NCBI GenBank assembly: GCA_964546845.1
Contig: CAZJMY010000792.1
Location: 83,092-147,091, forward strand
Source of the DNA: an uncultured Myxococcales bacterium
GTDB lineage: Bacteria; Myxococcota_A; Polyangia; Fen-1088
Length of the DNA: 64,000 nucleotides
Direction: 5' to 3'
Below the pieces are notes generated by a model that did not search any database, was not told the origin of the DNA, and saw only the letters and a list, made by a program, of their open reading frames with translations. Both the position numbers and the translations under genes were made by a program. This document shows, piece by piece, positions 53,114 to 62,359 of the stretch. Position 1 is the stretch's first letter, and each line of letters opens with the position of its first letter.

Positions 53114-53539
53114 CTACTCGAAGATTCTGCCGTTCTGTTCGCTCGTCACGTAGCAGCCGAGCGGGGAGGCGGGGCAGGAGTCCGCGGAATAGTGGTCGCA
53201 GGTTTTGGGCGCGCCCGTGCAGGCCGACCAGCGGCACTCGGGCATGTCCTGACAGGTCGCCATGGTCGTGGCGGCGTTGCAGGGGCCGACGCATTTTCCG
53301 TTCGTCCAGGTGCAGCCGTCGGGCAGCACATTCGTACGGCAATCGGCCTCCGTGAGCTCCGCTGCGCAGTCCAATCCAATCGCCGGGCTCACCACGCACC
53401 CTGGCGTCGGGCTGCAGCCGGGGATTTTTTGGCACTGCGCCGCCTGATCGCCGTAACAGGTGGCGATGCCGCCGCACGTCTTCGAGTTGCAGCCCACCGC
53501 AGCGGCCACGATCGCCAGTAGCGCGAGCTTGATCGTCAA
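53114..53539 (-). CDS. Small Cys-rich lipoprotein (141 aa)
   Basis: The start is inferred at the TTG at 53539, which overlaps the upstream TGA (TTGA). The signal/lipobox is 'TIKLALLAIVAAAVGCNS'. The mature part is very cysteine-rich. Confidence 0.5.
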   Translation of the reverse strand: MTIKLALLAIVAAAVGCNSKTCGGIATCYGDQAAQCQKIPGCSPTPGCVVSPAIGLDCAAELTEADCRTNVLPDGCTWTNGKCVGPCNAATTMATCQDMPECRWSACTGAPKTCDHYSADSCPASPLGCYVTSEQNGRIFE

Positions 53540-54531
53540 GTGGCGCCGCCGTCCGTCACGTTCGCCGGACAGCTCTTCGACCCGAGCGGCTGGCAAACAC
53601 CCGACCTGCACAACAAAGGATTGTGGCAGGGATTCTGAGCGTCGCAAGCGGTCCCCGGCTGAGGCGGCGGCGCCGTTCCCGCATCTCCGGCGGCCATGCA
53701 CGTACCGCCGGTCACATTCGAACAGACGCTGCCGTCGGCACAGACGTTCGCGCTGAAACCAGCCAGGGCGCAAGGCTCACCCACACCTGGTGGAGCGGTG
53801 CACGTCCCGGCGGCGCTGCCAGCCGACGTCGGGTGGCAGATGAGATCGCCCGCACACCCGACGGCGGGCGCGCCCGCCAGATTGCACGGCTGCCCTTCGG
53901 ATGCGTGCGTGATCGTGCCCGCGTCGGCGCATTTGCCGCCCTGGCAATAGCTGCCCGGACGACAGTCGGCGGTTTTCGTGCAGGTGGTTCCGTTGGCCAG
54001 TCCGCCGCTCGCGCAGGTCGCGCACGCGGCGAGCGATCCGCAAACGCCGCTCTCACATTGACTCGGGTAGGCGCAGCCCGCACCGGTCGGTCGATGACCG
54101 TACACGTAGCAGGAAGGAAACACCCCCATGACGACGTCGGTGCACGTCCGCGCCGCCAGCGGTCCGAGGCAGGCGACCAGGCCCGCGACCGTCCGCGCCG
54201 AGTCCGCGTTGAAGTAGTAGTCCGGGCACAGCGCCGCGTAGGCCATGCAATCGGCGAGGTCGACCCCTTCGCAGGCCGCCTGCCGCTCGCATTGGACCCG
54301 GATCGCTTTCACACACGCTGATGAGGTGGTCTCTCCGGATCCCACGTCTGTCGCGGCACCGTCGACAGCCGGGTGATCCGGTCCTCCTCGTCCACCGGCG
54401 TCGAGCAACCCGCCGTCGACCACCGTCGGCGTTCCGCTGGAATGGCACGCCGACAGCGCCAGCGCGGTCAGCAGGCCCGACCACTGCCGTTGAGCAACGA
54501 CGATCCGTCGAAAAGCCCCTCGCGTGTTCAT
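53536..54531 (-). CDS. Cys-rich secreted lipoprotein (331 aa)
   Basis: The lipobox is 'LTALALSACHS'. Repeated Cys patterns (C-x-x-G-x-C, 'CxSGxCG') resemble the Cys-rich repeats common in myxobacterial secreted proteins. Confidence 0.65.
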   Translation of the reverse strand: MNTRGAFRRIVVAQRQWSGLLTALALSACHSSGTPTVVDGGLLDAGGRGGPDHPAVDGAATDVGSGETTSSACVKAIRVQCERQAACEGVDLADCMAYAALCPDYYFNADSARTVAGLVACLGPLAARTCTDVVMGVFPSCYVYGHRPTGAGCAYPSQCESGVCGSLAACATCASGGLANGTTCTKTADCRPGSYCQGGKCADAGTITHASEGQPCNLAGAPAVGCAGDLICHPTSAGSAAGTCTAPPGVGEPCALAGFSANVCADGSVCSNVTGGTCMAAGDAGTAPPPQPGTACDAQNPCHNPLLCRSGVCQPLGSKSCPANVTDGGAT

Positions 54532-55460
54532 CGTCGCCCGCGTGGTGTTCTCGACCAGGCAGCGGCCAGTCTGGTGGTGATGGCGGTCAGGCCGTGGGAG
54601 GGAAACTCCACATGCCCGACGACGTCTCCCGATTCCACCTGCAGTTCGATCACCGGGATGTTCTCCACTTCCGGATGAATCTTCCGAAGCGCCGCGCCAA
54701 CGGCCGCTTGGAGACTATATACCAGCCGGCGAGAGGTCTCCTCATTGCCGACCACCAGCCGCACGTCGAGGATCGAGCTGCTGGCCGACAAGCTGGCCCG
54801 CAGCTCCTGCACGGCGGTCAAGGGCGACGGCTCCTCTCCTTGACGGCGCGGCACCGCCAGGCGGCTCATCTCGCTGGACGAGAGCACAACCGAGAATGAG
54901 GCGGCCGGGTCCAGCGCATACGTGGCTGGCCGTTCCGTGAGGGCCCGCCGCAGCTCGCCTCGACTGGTCGCGACCACCAGCTCGCCGGTGCTCGCCGGTC
55001 CCCGGTGCGCCATCCACAGGCGGCCGCCGCCCAACACCGGGACCCCGTCGAGGGTCTCACGCGAAAGGTCCGCCCGAATGGGCGCCATCCGGTCCAGGAT
55101 GTCGCCGGGGATCGCTCCGGTCATGTAAAGCGCCGTCGCGTCCCCAGTCGACGGATCGGGGGCGAACCGGCAGAGGCGGATGTGTTCGACGGCGCGGCGG
55201 AGATCCAGGCCGTCTGGAATCAGCGTCCCCCCGGGCGCTGCGAACAGCGAGTCGGCGAGGTTGCCGAGCCCGTCCATCGCCCGCCGATCGAGCTCCGCCG
55301 CGACCGCGCACCCGGACGGGAGGCTCCCCACGGGCGCGAGTGTGGGAGGCGGCGCCTTCGCCTTTCGGCACGACGCGAGCGGCGCCAGCGCGACAACCGT
55401 CGAAGCGACGGCTAACGCAGCCAACGCGTCGATCGGCCTGCGGCGACGCACGCTTGTCAA
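54528..55460 (-). CDS. Lipoprotein (about 310 aa), unknown function
   Basis: The start is inferred at the TTG at 55460 overlapping the upstream TGA (TTGA); a GTG three codons later is the alternative. The signal/lipobox is 'ALAALAVASTVVALAPLASCRK'. The upstream 122 codons in the track overlap the preceding gene and were rejected. Confidence 0.55.
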   Translation of the reverse strand: MTSVRRRRPIDALAALAVASTVVALAPLASCRKAKAPPPTLAPVGSLPSGCAVAAELDRRAMDGLGNLADSLFAAPGGTLIPDGLDLRRAVEHIRLCRFAPDPSTGDATALYMTGAIPGDILDRMAPIRADLSRETLDGVPVLGGGRLWMAHRGPASTGELVVATSRGELRRALTERPATYALDPAASFSVVLSSSEMSRLAVPRRQGEEPSPLTAVQELRASLSASSSILDVRLVVGNEETSRRLVYSLQAAVGAALRKIHPEVENIPVIELQVESGDVVGHVEFPSHGLTAITTRLAAAWSRTPRGRR

Positions 55461-58204
55461 CCCGGGCCGGTGAACGAGCACGTCCCCGGGATCGTCGGGC
55501 TGAGGGTGTTGCTGCAGGCGTTGCTGCAGCAATCCGCATTGGTCTTGCAAACGGCACCCGTGTTCCCGCAGCACAGGCCGGTGAACGCGCACTGCTCCCC
55601 GACCCCGCAGGGTTGGCTCAAGCACGAATCTCCGGGGCCGCCCGCGCAGGCGCCGTTCACACAGAGACTGTAAATGCACAGGGAGTTCTGAGTCCCGCAG
55701 GACTCGCCGGTGCCGCCCAGGCAGACACCGCTGGATCCGCACACGCCCGAGGCGCAATCCGACGGCGCGGAACAGGTGCTGCCTGGGGCGCCGAGCGGGC
55801 ATACGAACGGCGGCGCCGTCGGGCACTGTCCCGACAGGCAGTCGCTGGGCTTACCGCAGAAAGATCCGGGGTGTCCGGGATTGCAGAACCCGTCGCCGCA
55901 GCTTCCGGACAGGCAATCGTTGTCGCTGTTGCAGCCGTTGCCGGTTCCGGCCAGACAGATTCCGTCGTCACGGCAACCGTGCGAACAGCAATCGGCGTTG
56001 GTGGCGCATAGCCCGTGGTCGGGACCGCAGCAAGCGACCTGGGAATCACCGTTGACGGGCCCGCACACGGCCGGCGACGTCGCGGGAGGGATTGGATCGC
56101 AAAACTTGGCGTTGAACCTGCTCGGCTTCGTGCCTGCCGGGCACGGACCCGTCTGGCACTTGTAGTTGTTGACCACGACGGACGTGGCGTTGCAGCTGGT
56201 GACGCACGTCCCATTCTGCGAGAAGGGCGCCGTGGCGGGGCAGGCACCGGCGGCGGTGCACACCCCCTGATTGAGGGTCGGTTTGTCGGCCGGGCAAGCG
56301 GTCACGCATTCACCGTCGTTGTAGACCGGGAGGCCTTGAAACGTTCCGGTTCCGCATTGAAGGCACGCCCCGTTGGCGGCCTGAATGATGTCGCCGGCCG
56401 CGGTCTGGCCGAACCGCGACCGTCCGCTCGGACACGAGCAGGGATCGCTGTTGGCGGCCACGGCCGGAACGTAGTCCGAGGCCTTGGCCAGGAACCCCAG
56501 GGAGGCGCCGATCGTCCGCTCCATGAGGTCGAGCATGCTCGTCGACTCACTGTCGAACGTCGCGTGGATGTCCGAGTCGTCCGGGTTCGGCGTGTCGAGA
56601 TAGTTCGCTTGCTGGAAGGCGTGCCCCCAGCGGGTGACCGGCAAGCCGGCGGTCTCCAGGGCGAGGGCCCGGATCATGTCGCGGACGGGGAGCTGGGTCG
56701 TGTGTTGCGCCGTCTGAGCGTCGTCGAGGTACTTCCACCAGTGGAAGGCGTAGCCCATGATCGTCTGCATGTGCTGGTAGTCCGTGGGCAGGTCCGTCTC
56801 CTGGAACGACTTCTGCCAGTTGAGCAGCGCGAACTTCTCCCAGGGCTGGTGCCCGTATCCGCAGGTGCCCGCCGTGTGGTGAGGTTGATCGGCGTCCCCG
56901 ATGGCGTGCAGGACCCAGCCGATCCCCTTCGCGCCCAGCGAACCGTTCGTGAAAGAATCCCATCCCCACTTGGCGAGGTTGTAGACGGGCTCCATCTCGG
57001 CGTGACCGACGGGCGAGATGATCCAGTCGTCCAGCAGGCGCGTCTCGGGCCCGTCGGCGTACTGGCTATAGTGCGCGACGCCGTCGGACTTGTCCGGCTG
57101 GACCGTCAGGCCGGTGAGATCACCCAGTGCGACGATTGCCATGTCCAGCACCGACCAGCCATTCGGACCGCCGAACGCGCCGATGCCGGCGGCGCTGGCC
57201 TGATAGCCGGGGATGTGGTTGAACGACCCGGAGTCCGCGACGCTGGCGAAGTGGAACATCGCGGGCAGGGAGACGTTGCCTTTCAGCGGCCAGTCCCCCG
57301 AGTCGACGGTCAGCTGCCCGATGGTCTCGAGCTCGAGGAGCCCCGCCCCCTCGTCGACCCACGTGACCGGATCGACGTCGTGCGAGAAGTTCTCCGCGTC
57401 GTCGATGCAATCGCCGCCCCCGAACACGAGATCGGCGAGGCAGAACACCGGCGCAACGATGATCGCCAGGCCGACGTCGACGGCGTCCTGCGCCAGCCCG
57501 GTGAGCTCGGCCTCGAAGAGAACGCTGGTCGGGCGAACCCAGAGACGGAGGTCGGGGTTGTAGTCGTCGGGGCCGGTCGCCCACTCGCCCAGCACGGCGC
57601 CGGTGAAGTTCGAGGGAAGAGTCTGGAAGAACGGACGGATCGTCGTTTCCTTCGACTCGTGCTGGTCGGCGCCGCCGAACTTGTAACCCGGGCGTAGAAA
57701 GCAGTCGTTATCGCTGTTCTCGCCGCCCCAGTTGCGCCGCGGCGCGAACCAGACGTCCCCCGCGCGGCACTTCGCGAGCTGCCCTGCCTGCATCGTCGGG
57801 AACAAGTTGTCGCAGTCGGGCGCGTGCAGCTTGAAGTCGGAAAGGTCGGTCCGGATGTTGTCGAGCTTGGGCGGCGCGGCGGTCGCCTGCGCGATGAAGC
57901 GGTTCCACTGTGTGCAGGCGGCGCAGGTGCTTCCGGAGCCGCAGCCCGCCGATCCACACGCCGCCGGCGTGCAGATGGTGGCCGGGCAGGTCGTGAGCGA
58001 CGAAAGCCCCGTCTCCTTCGCGTAAGTCGCGGCGGCATTGCGACGGAGAATGTTCATGATCTGGTAGGCCTGGTCAGGGAAGCGAATGTGCTCGCTTCCG
58101 CTCCAGGCGTGCGCTGGTCCCGAGCTGAACGCGGAGACCACCCCGACGACCGCGGCCGTCCAGACAGCCCGCCGCCGACCATTTCGATGTGTCTGTTTCT
58201 CCAT
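55457..58204 (-). CDS. Secreted Zn-dependent phospholipase C / P1-nuclease-superfamily-like protein with C-terminal array of Cys-rich repeats (915 aa)
   Basis: Start set at the ATG at 58204 ('MEKQTHRNGRRRAVWTAAVVGVVSAFSSGPAHA', a signal peptide). The mature N-terminus 'WSGSEHIRFPDQAY' and 'VLHAIGDADQPHH' resemble the Zn-ligand motifs of PLC/P1 enzymes. The C-terminus holds 6 or more repeats such as 'CNSDNDCLSGSCGDGFC' and 'CSAPSDCASGVCGSSGVC'. Confidence 0.6.
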   Translation of the reverse strand: MEKQTHRNGRRRAVWTAAVVGVVSAFSSGPAHAWSGSEHIRFPDQAYQIMNILRRNAAATYAKETGLSSLTTCPATICTPAACGSAGCGSGSTCAACTQWNRFIAQATAAPPKLDNIRTDLSDFKLHAPDCDNLFPTMQAGQLAKCRAGDVWFAPRRNWGGENSDNDCFLRPGYKFGGADQHESKETTIRPFFQTLPSNFTGAVLGEWATGPDDYNPDLRLWVRPTSVLFEAELTGLAQDAVDVGLAIIVAPVFCLADLVFGGGDCIDDAENFSHDVDPVTWVDEGAGLLELETIGQLTVDSGDWPLKGNVSLPAMFHFASVADSGSFNHIPGYQASAAGIGAFGGPNGWSVLDMAIVALGDLTGLTVQPDKSDGVAHYSQYADGPETRLLDDWIISPVGHAEMEPVYNLAKWGWDSFTNGSLGAKGIGWVLHAIGDADQPHHTAGTCGYGHQPWEKFALLNWQKSFQETDLPTDYQHMQTIMGYAFHWWKYLDDAQTAQHTTQLPVRDMIRALALETAGLPVTRWGHAFQQANYLDTPNPDDSDIHATFDSESTSMLDLMERTIGASLGFLAKASDYVPAVAANSDPCSCPSGRSRFGQTAAGDIIQAANGACLQCGTGTFQGLPVYNDGECVTACPADKPTLNQGVCTAAGACPATAPFSQNGTCVTSCNATSVVVNNYKCQTGPCPAGTKPSRFNAKFCDPIPPATSPAVCGPVNGDSQVACCGPDHGLCATNADCCSHGCRDDGICLAGTGNGCNSDNDCLSGSCGDGFCNPGHPGSFCGKPSDCLSGQCPTAPPFVCPLGAPGSTCSAPSDCASGVCGSSGVCLGGTGESCGTQNSLCIYSLCVNGACAGGPGDSCLSQPCGVGEQCAFTGLCCGNTGAVCKTNADCCSNACSNTLSPTIPGTCSFTGPG

Positions 58205-58272
58205 CACCCTCTCCAATCGCGACATCACAGAACGGACCAGGCACCCTCGGGGAGCGCTCACGGCAGGCACCC

Positions 58273-60084
58273 TCAAAGGTCCTGGCAGGGCTGACCCGCC
58301 ACGCAGTCGACGTTGTCGAACTCGAAGAAGTCCGACCACTCCGAGACGCCGCCGGCCAGATTCAGGGCGCGGACGCGGAACGTGACGGTGAAAACCGAGT
58401 AACTGGCCCAGGCGCCGCGGTTGCCGCCGTCCGAGACGTGAAGGTTGAACTGGACGGCGCCCGATGGACGCGTGATCCAGGGGAGGACGGTGTCCTCGCT
58501 GGCCTGGAAGAGCATCGCCCGAGGCGGCGACCCGTCGGTGAGGCGGGCCTCGATCTGGTAATAGAGCGGGCAGGTCGTCGTGCCGGAGTTGCGCGACACC
58601 CAGATGGCCTTGCCCAGGGACGGGTCGCCGGAGCGAAAGGCGCCCAGCGGGGTCGGAATGCCCGGCTGCGGCGCGCCGACGCAACGAGGATCGACGTTGA
58701 TTCCGATCAGCTTGACGATGTTTTGAAGCGTATTGATGTCTGGTCCCGTCGGCGGCTGGGTGTTCGTACAGCCGTTCGCGAGGACCGGCGTCAGCGGCGG
58801 CGTGTTGTTGCAGGCGTCCTTGCTGTCCGGCACGTAGTCCCCGTCCACGTCGTGCGCGGCGACGTCGCAAGCCAGCGTCTGGTTCTGCCGGAAGCTGGCC
58901 AGCTTGGTGTCGCGGTCGATGACCACCTGCTGGTACTGGCCGGTGGTCATGTGGCTGGAGAGCACGCTGGACGCCGCCATGAAGAAGTCGACGTTCATCC
59001 GCGCGCGGATCGTTCGTTCACAGGAGGTGACGTGTGTGCCGGTGCAGTAGCGGAGGATGTCGGCCTGAAACTGCACCTCGAGGGCGTTGCCCGTCAGCGC
59101 GCGGTTCGGTTGAACGGCGGCGGCGCACGTATCGACCGCTCCGCCCGGCTGAACCGTCAAGATGACGTTGCCCGGGCGATAGGTGACGGTCGCGCTGGAG
59201 GAGACTTCGATGTTCGCGCCGAAGAACGCGCCGGTATGTCCGCCCGTCACCGTGCGCAGGATGATCTTCGCGGCCGGGGCCACGATCGTGCCGACGAACG
59301 GAGCTTCGATCGACAGATCGGCGGTCCCAAAATAGCCAAACAGCAGATCGGGCGCGACGCCGGAGGTCGTGGAGACCGCCCCCCGATAGATGACGGAGGT
59401 GCGGACGTACAGAAGCACGGGTCCTGCGTCTTGATTCAAGATCAGCTTGCCGCCCGGCTCCAGGTCCAGGGTGTCGAGGAAATACGTGCCGGCGGTCAGA
59501 TTCAGCTTGGCTCCGGCGAAGACCTGGAACGTGCCGTAGCGGCCCGGGGCGGCGGTGCTGGTTCCGTTGATAGGAACGACCACGTTCGTCACCGTCGCCG
59601 CGGGGTAGGTCACCGTCCAGGTCGTGATCGTTGCCGGCGTGAGCACCGTCTTGGTATCGAGGCCCCCGTCCACGTGGACGTTCGTCCCCTGCGTCGTCCT
59701 CGCCGCCACCACCTTGCCGAGCAGATGACTGCGATCGCCCAGGGTGACGGGCGACGCGCTGTAAACGGTGCCCATCACGGCATCCGGTTGCACGTTGACG
59801 CCCGCCGTTCCCATGTTCGTCGCGACGCTGATCGTCGTGCCCGGGCCGTTGACCTTGGCGCCGCTGTCGACGGCCAGGTTTCCGTTGGCGCCCAGGACCA
59901 CGGTCAGCGGCGAAACCAGGTGCGGTGTCGTGATCGTCGCGGTGAAGGTCATCACGGGCGCCGTAGCGAGGGCGCCCGCGGCCGCAATGACCACCGGCGT
60001 TTCAGTCGTTGGCTCGCGGGAACAACCCGCAACAGCCGTAAGCGAGACAACCCACGCAATGCAGGCCCCAACTCGTTTCGACAT
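58273..60084 (-). CDS. Lipoprotein with probable beta-helix region and a thrombospondin-type-3-like Ca-binding motif
   Basis: The lipobox is 'LTAVAGCSRE'. The middle is Thr/Val/Gly/Ala-rich and repetitive. 'DVDGDYVPDSKDAC' is a DxDxDxxxDxxD-type motif. Confidence 0.6.
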   Translation of the reverse strand: MSKRVGACIAWVVSLTAVAGCSREPTTETPVVIAAAGALATAPVMTFTATITTPHLVSPLTVVLGANGNLAVDSGAKVNGPGTTISVATNMGTAGVNVQPDAVMGTVYSASPVTLGDRSHLLGKVVAARTTQGTNVHVDGGLDTKTVLTPATITTWTVTYPAATVTNVVVPINGTSTAAPGRYGTFQVFAGAKLNLTAGTYFLDTLDLEPGGKLILNQDAGPVLLYVRTSVIYRGAVSTTSGVAPDLLFGYFGTADLSIEAPFVGTIVAPAAKIILRTVTGGHTGAFFGANIEVSSSATVTYRPGNVILTVQPGGAVDTCAAAVQPNRALTGNALEVQFQADILRYCTGTHVTSCERTIRARMNVDFFMAASSVLSSHMTTGQYQQVVIDRDTKLASFRQNQTLACDVAAHDVDGDYVPDSKDACNNTPPLTPVLANGCTNTQPPTGPDINTLQNIVKLIGINVDPRCVGAPQPGIPTPLGAFRSGDPSLGKAIWVSRNSGTTTCPLYYQIEARLTDGSPPRAMLFQASEDTVLPWITRPSGAVQFNLHVSDGGNRGAWASYSVFTVTFRVRALNLAGGVSEWSDFFEFDNVDCVAGQPCQDL

Positions 60085-60346
60085 GACACCCCCAGCCAGT
60101 GTGTACCGTCAACGTCAGCGTTGACGGATTTACACCCAGCGAAGGAACGCACGACCGCGTGCGTATTCCGTTAACATTTTGTGCGCCGCAAGCGGCTGAC
60201 AGCTTCGCGCGGCCGCCAATGCGTCACCGTTCTCGAGCGTCACCTCGGCGGAGGCGTTCGACAGCGGCCCACCACGGATGGAACACCGTCTTCAGTTGGA
60301 CCCTGAAGGACATGGCCGACAACGCCCAGTACTTCGACAACATCCG

Positions 60347-62200
60347 CTATTCCTTCTGCCCTGGCGGCTGAAAGGTGCGGTTTCGGCGTGCGTCCGCCGA
60401 TGCGTGTTCGAAGTTTCGGCGGTAGACGGGGGAGGCTGGATCGAGCTGACTCGCCTTCTGGAACTGGGCGGCGGCGGTCTCGAAGTCTCTGGCGGACACG
60501 GCGATCATGCCGAGGTCGTTGTAGATGACGGGATCGTCGGGCCGAAGCTGCGCGGCTCTCTGGAGAGCCTCTGTGGCAGCGTGAACGTCGCCCGTTCGGG
60601 CGAGCGCGACGCCTAGATCGACCAGCAGAGGAGCATGCGATGGGCGAAGCGCGGCGGCCTTCCTGAGCTCCGTTGCCGCTTCCGGAAACCGTCGCTCGTC
60701 GGCCAGGAGGCGCCCCAGGTCGTGAAGCGCCTCGAAGTAGGTCGGGCGCAGCCGAAGCGCATTCCGATACCCCTGCTCCGCGGCGTCCAGCTCTCCCCGA
60801 CGTTGGTGAGCGCCTGCAAGGAAGTACACCAGCTCCGGTTTCATGTCGTCGCGTTCCGCGCAAAACGGCCACGGCGCCACGGTGAGGATGAGCGACGTCA
60901 CAACTGCGATTGTCGCCGGCCAACCGAGGGCCCACCTTCGTGATCTCGCGGCCTCCGCGAGGAAGATGAACCCTCGCGCGGCCAGGACGGCCAGCAGCGG
61001 GACCAGAGCGATCCGGTACCGGCCGACAACGAACACGATCACGAGGACGGCACCGTAACTGAACAACATCAGCCAGAAGGGCCAGCGGAGACGAAGTCTT
61101 CCGACTGCGGCCCCCAGCGCCGCGAGAGGCAGCAGCATGCCGAACGGGAACCCGAAGAAACCCGCCTTCCAGACACCGGCGCGCAGAACCCAGGAGTCCG
61201 GCCGGAAGAGATAGATGTCCAGGTTTCGCGGCAGCTCGCGAGAGGCGACCAGAGCCAGCACCTTGGCGCCGAGTCCTGCGAGAAACTTCCCGGGCGAGTG
61301 GACGGCGAACTGGATCGCCTGTCGCCGAAACCAGTCGTCTTGCTGCCACAGCCCCGTCACGCTTTCAGCGAGAGGTTGGCGCACCGCGAGATCCCAATCC
61401 AGCCCGGGGCGCATGGCCAAGATCCGGCAGCCCTGGTCGTTGTTGCCGATGAACAGGTTCAGACCGGCGGCGGCAGGCATGACCGTGAATCGGCCCGTCT
61501 CACGGTAGGTCGCGAATGCCGTCACGAAGAGCACACCAGCGAAAAGGGCGGTGGCGCAGACGAGCCCGCGGAGACGCCGCGGCGGCGGTGCACGATGCGC
61601 CGCACGCGCCAGCCCGACGAGAGCGACGAGGCAGAACGGCAGGAAGGTGGACCGAACGAGGACCGAGAGCGCTGCGATGATCCCCCACGCAACGCCCCAG
61701 AACCATCGACCGCTCCCGGTGAGCTCGAGAGTCAGCAGGACGGCGCTCACGGCGAGCAAGGCCGTCAACCCTGCGTCGAGGAGCTCGCCCTCCAGGAAGA
61801 TCAGAGGTGCGTAGAAGGCGACGATGAGGCCGGCGATCAGTCCTTCGCTGCGGCCGAAGGTCCGGCGGGCGAGGGAATAGGTTGCGACGGACGTTCCGAC
61901 GCCGAGGAGCAGTTGAATGGCCTTCGCGAGCAGCACTGACGGCGCCAGCAGCCGGTAAATCAGGGAGAGGAACAGCGGATATCCGACGCCGTGGGAAAAC
62001 CAATCTTCCGCAGGCGCGGGCCGACCCGCCGCGAAACTCCGCGCCAGTCGGTCGAACAGGTCCGAGTCGACGATGGGCAAGTCGAACGAATCGGTTCCCG
62101 CTCGGGTCCAGAGATATGCGGCCCGAACCGCCACCGCGCAGAGCGCCACCAACAGGACGGACCGGCGATCGCGACGGCGCTCTGGCTCGGGGCTCACCAC
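60347..62200 (-). CDS. GT-C-fold membrane glycosyltransferase (GT39/ArnT-like) fused to C-terminal TPR repeats
   Basis: About 10-12 TM segments. The first-loop acidic motif is 'PIVDSDLFD'. The C-terminal 200 aa or so hold TPR-like repeats ('AEQGYRNALRLRPTYFEALHDLGRLL', 'ATEALQRAAQLRPDDPVIYNDLGMI'). Confidence 0.65.
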   Translation of the reverse strand: MVSPEPERRRDRRSVLLVALCAVAVRAAYLWTRAGTDSFDLPIVDSDLFDRLARSFAAGRPAPAEDWFSHGVGYPLFLSLIYRLLAPSVLLAKAIQLLLGVGTSVATYSLARRTFGRSEGLIAGLIVAFYAPLIFLEGELLDAGLTALLAVSAVLLTLELTGSGRWFWGVAWGIIAALSVLVRSTFLPFCLVALVGLARAAHRAPPPRRLRGLVCATALFAGVLFVTAFATYRETGRFTVMPAAAGLNLFIGNNDQGCRILAMRPGLDWDLAVRQPLAESVTGLWQQDDWFRRQAIQFAVHSPGKFLAGLGAKVLALVASRELPRNLDIYLFRPDSWVLRAGVWKAGFFGFPFGMLLPLAALGAAVGRLRLRWPFWLMLFSYGAVLVIVFVVGRYRIALVPLLAVLAARGFIFLAEAARSRRWALGWPATIAVVTSLILTVAPWPFCAERDDMKPELVYFLAGAHQRRGELDAAEQGYRNALRLRPTYFEALHDLGRLLADERRFPEAATELRKAAALRPSHAPLLVDLGVALARTGDVHAATEALQRAAQLRPDDPVIYNDLGMIAVSARDFETAAAQFQKASQLDPASPVYRRNFEHASADARRNRTFQPPGQKE

Positions 62201-62359
62201 CGCGGCGCGACCTCAGGGAAGGCGACCTCGACCATGTCCGGCTTCGACCGCCGACATCTTAACCGACATCCCCGCGTGCCTGGTGGTCGCTGGAGGGGCA
62301 GGACTGAGCTTGCGTCGGCCGCGGAAACGGCGCGACGCCGGACAGCCCCAGGCGTCCGG

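Noticed and set aside
58205-58870. Upstream 222 codons of ORF 55457-58870
   Set aside because: They overlap the 3' end of the upstream lipoprotein gene and are Arg/Gly-rich. A signal peptide preceded by an SD starts at the ATG at 58204.
56015-60174. Long plus-strand ORFs 56015-57697 (560 aa) and 58189-60174 (661 aa)
   Set aside because: They are antisense to minus-strand genes that have signal peptides and recognisable motifs. Their composition is dominated by Arg/Gly/Asp/Val, as expected for GC-rich antisense frames.
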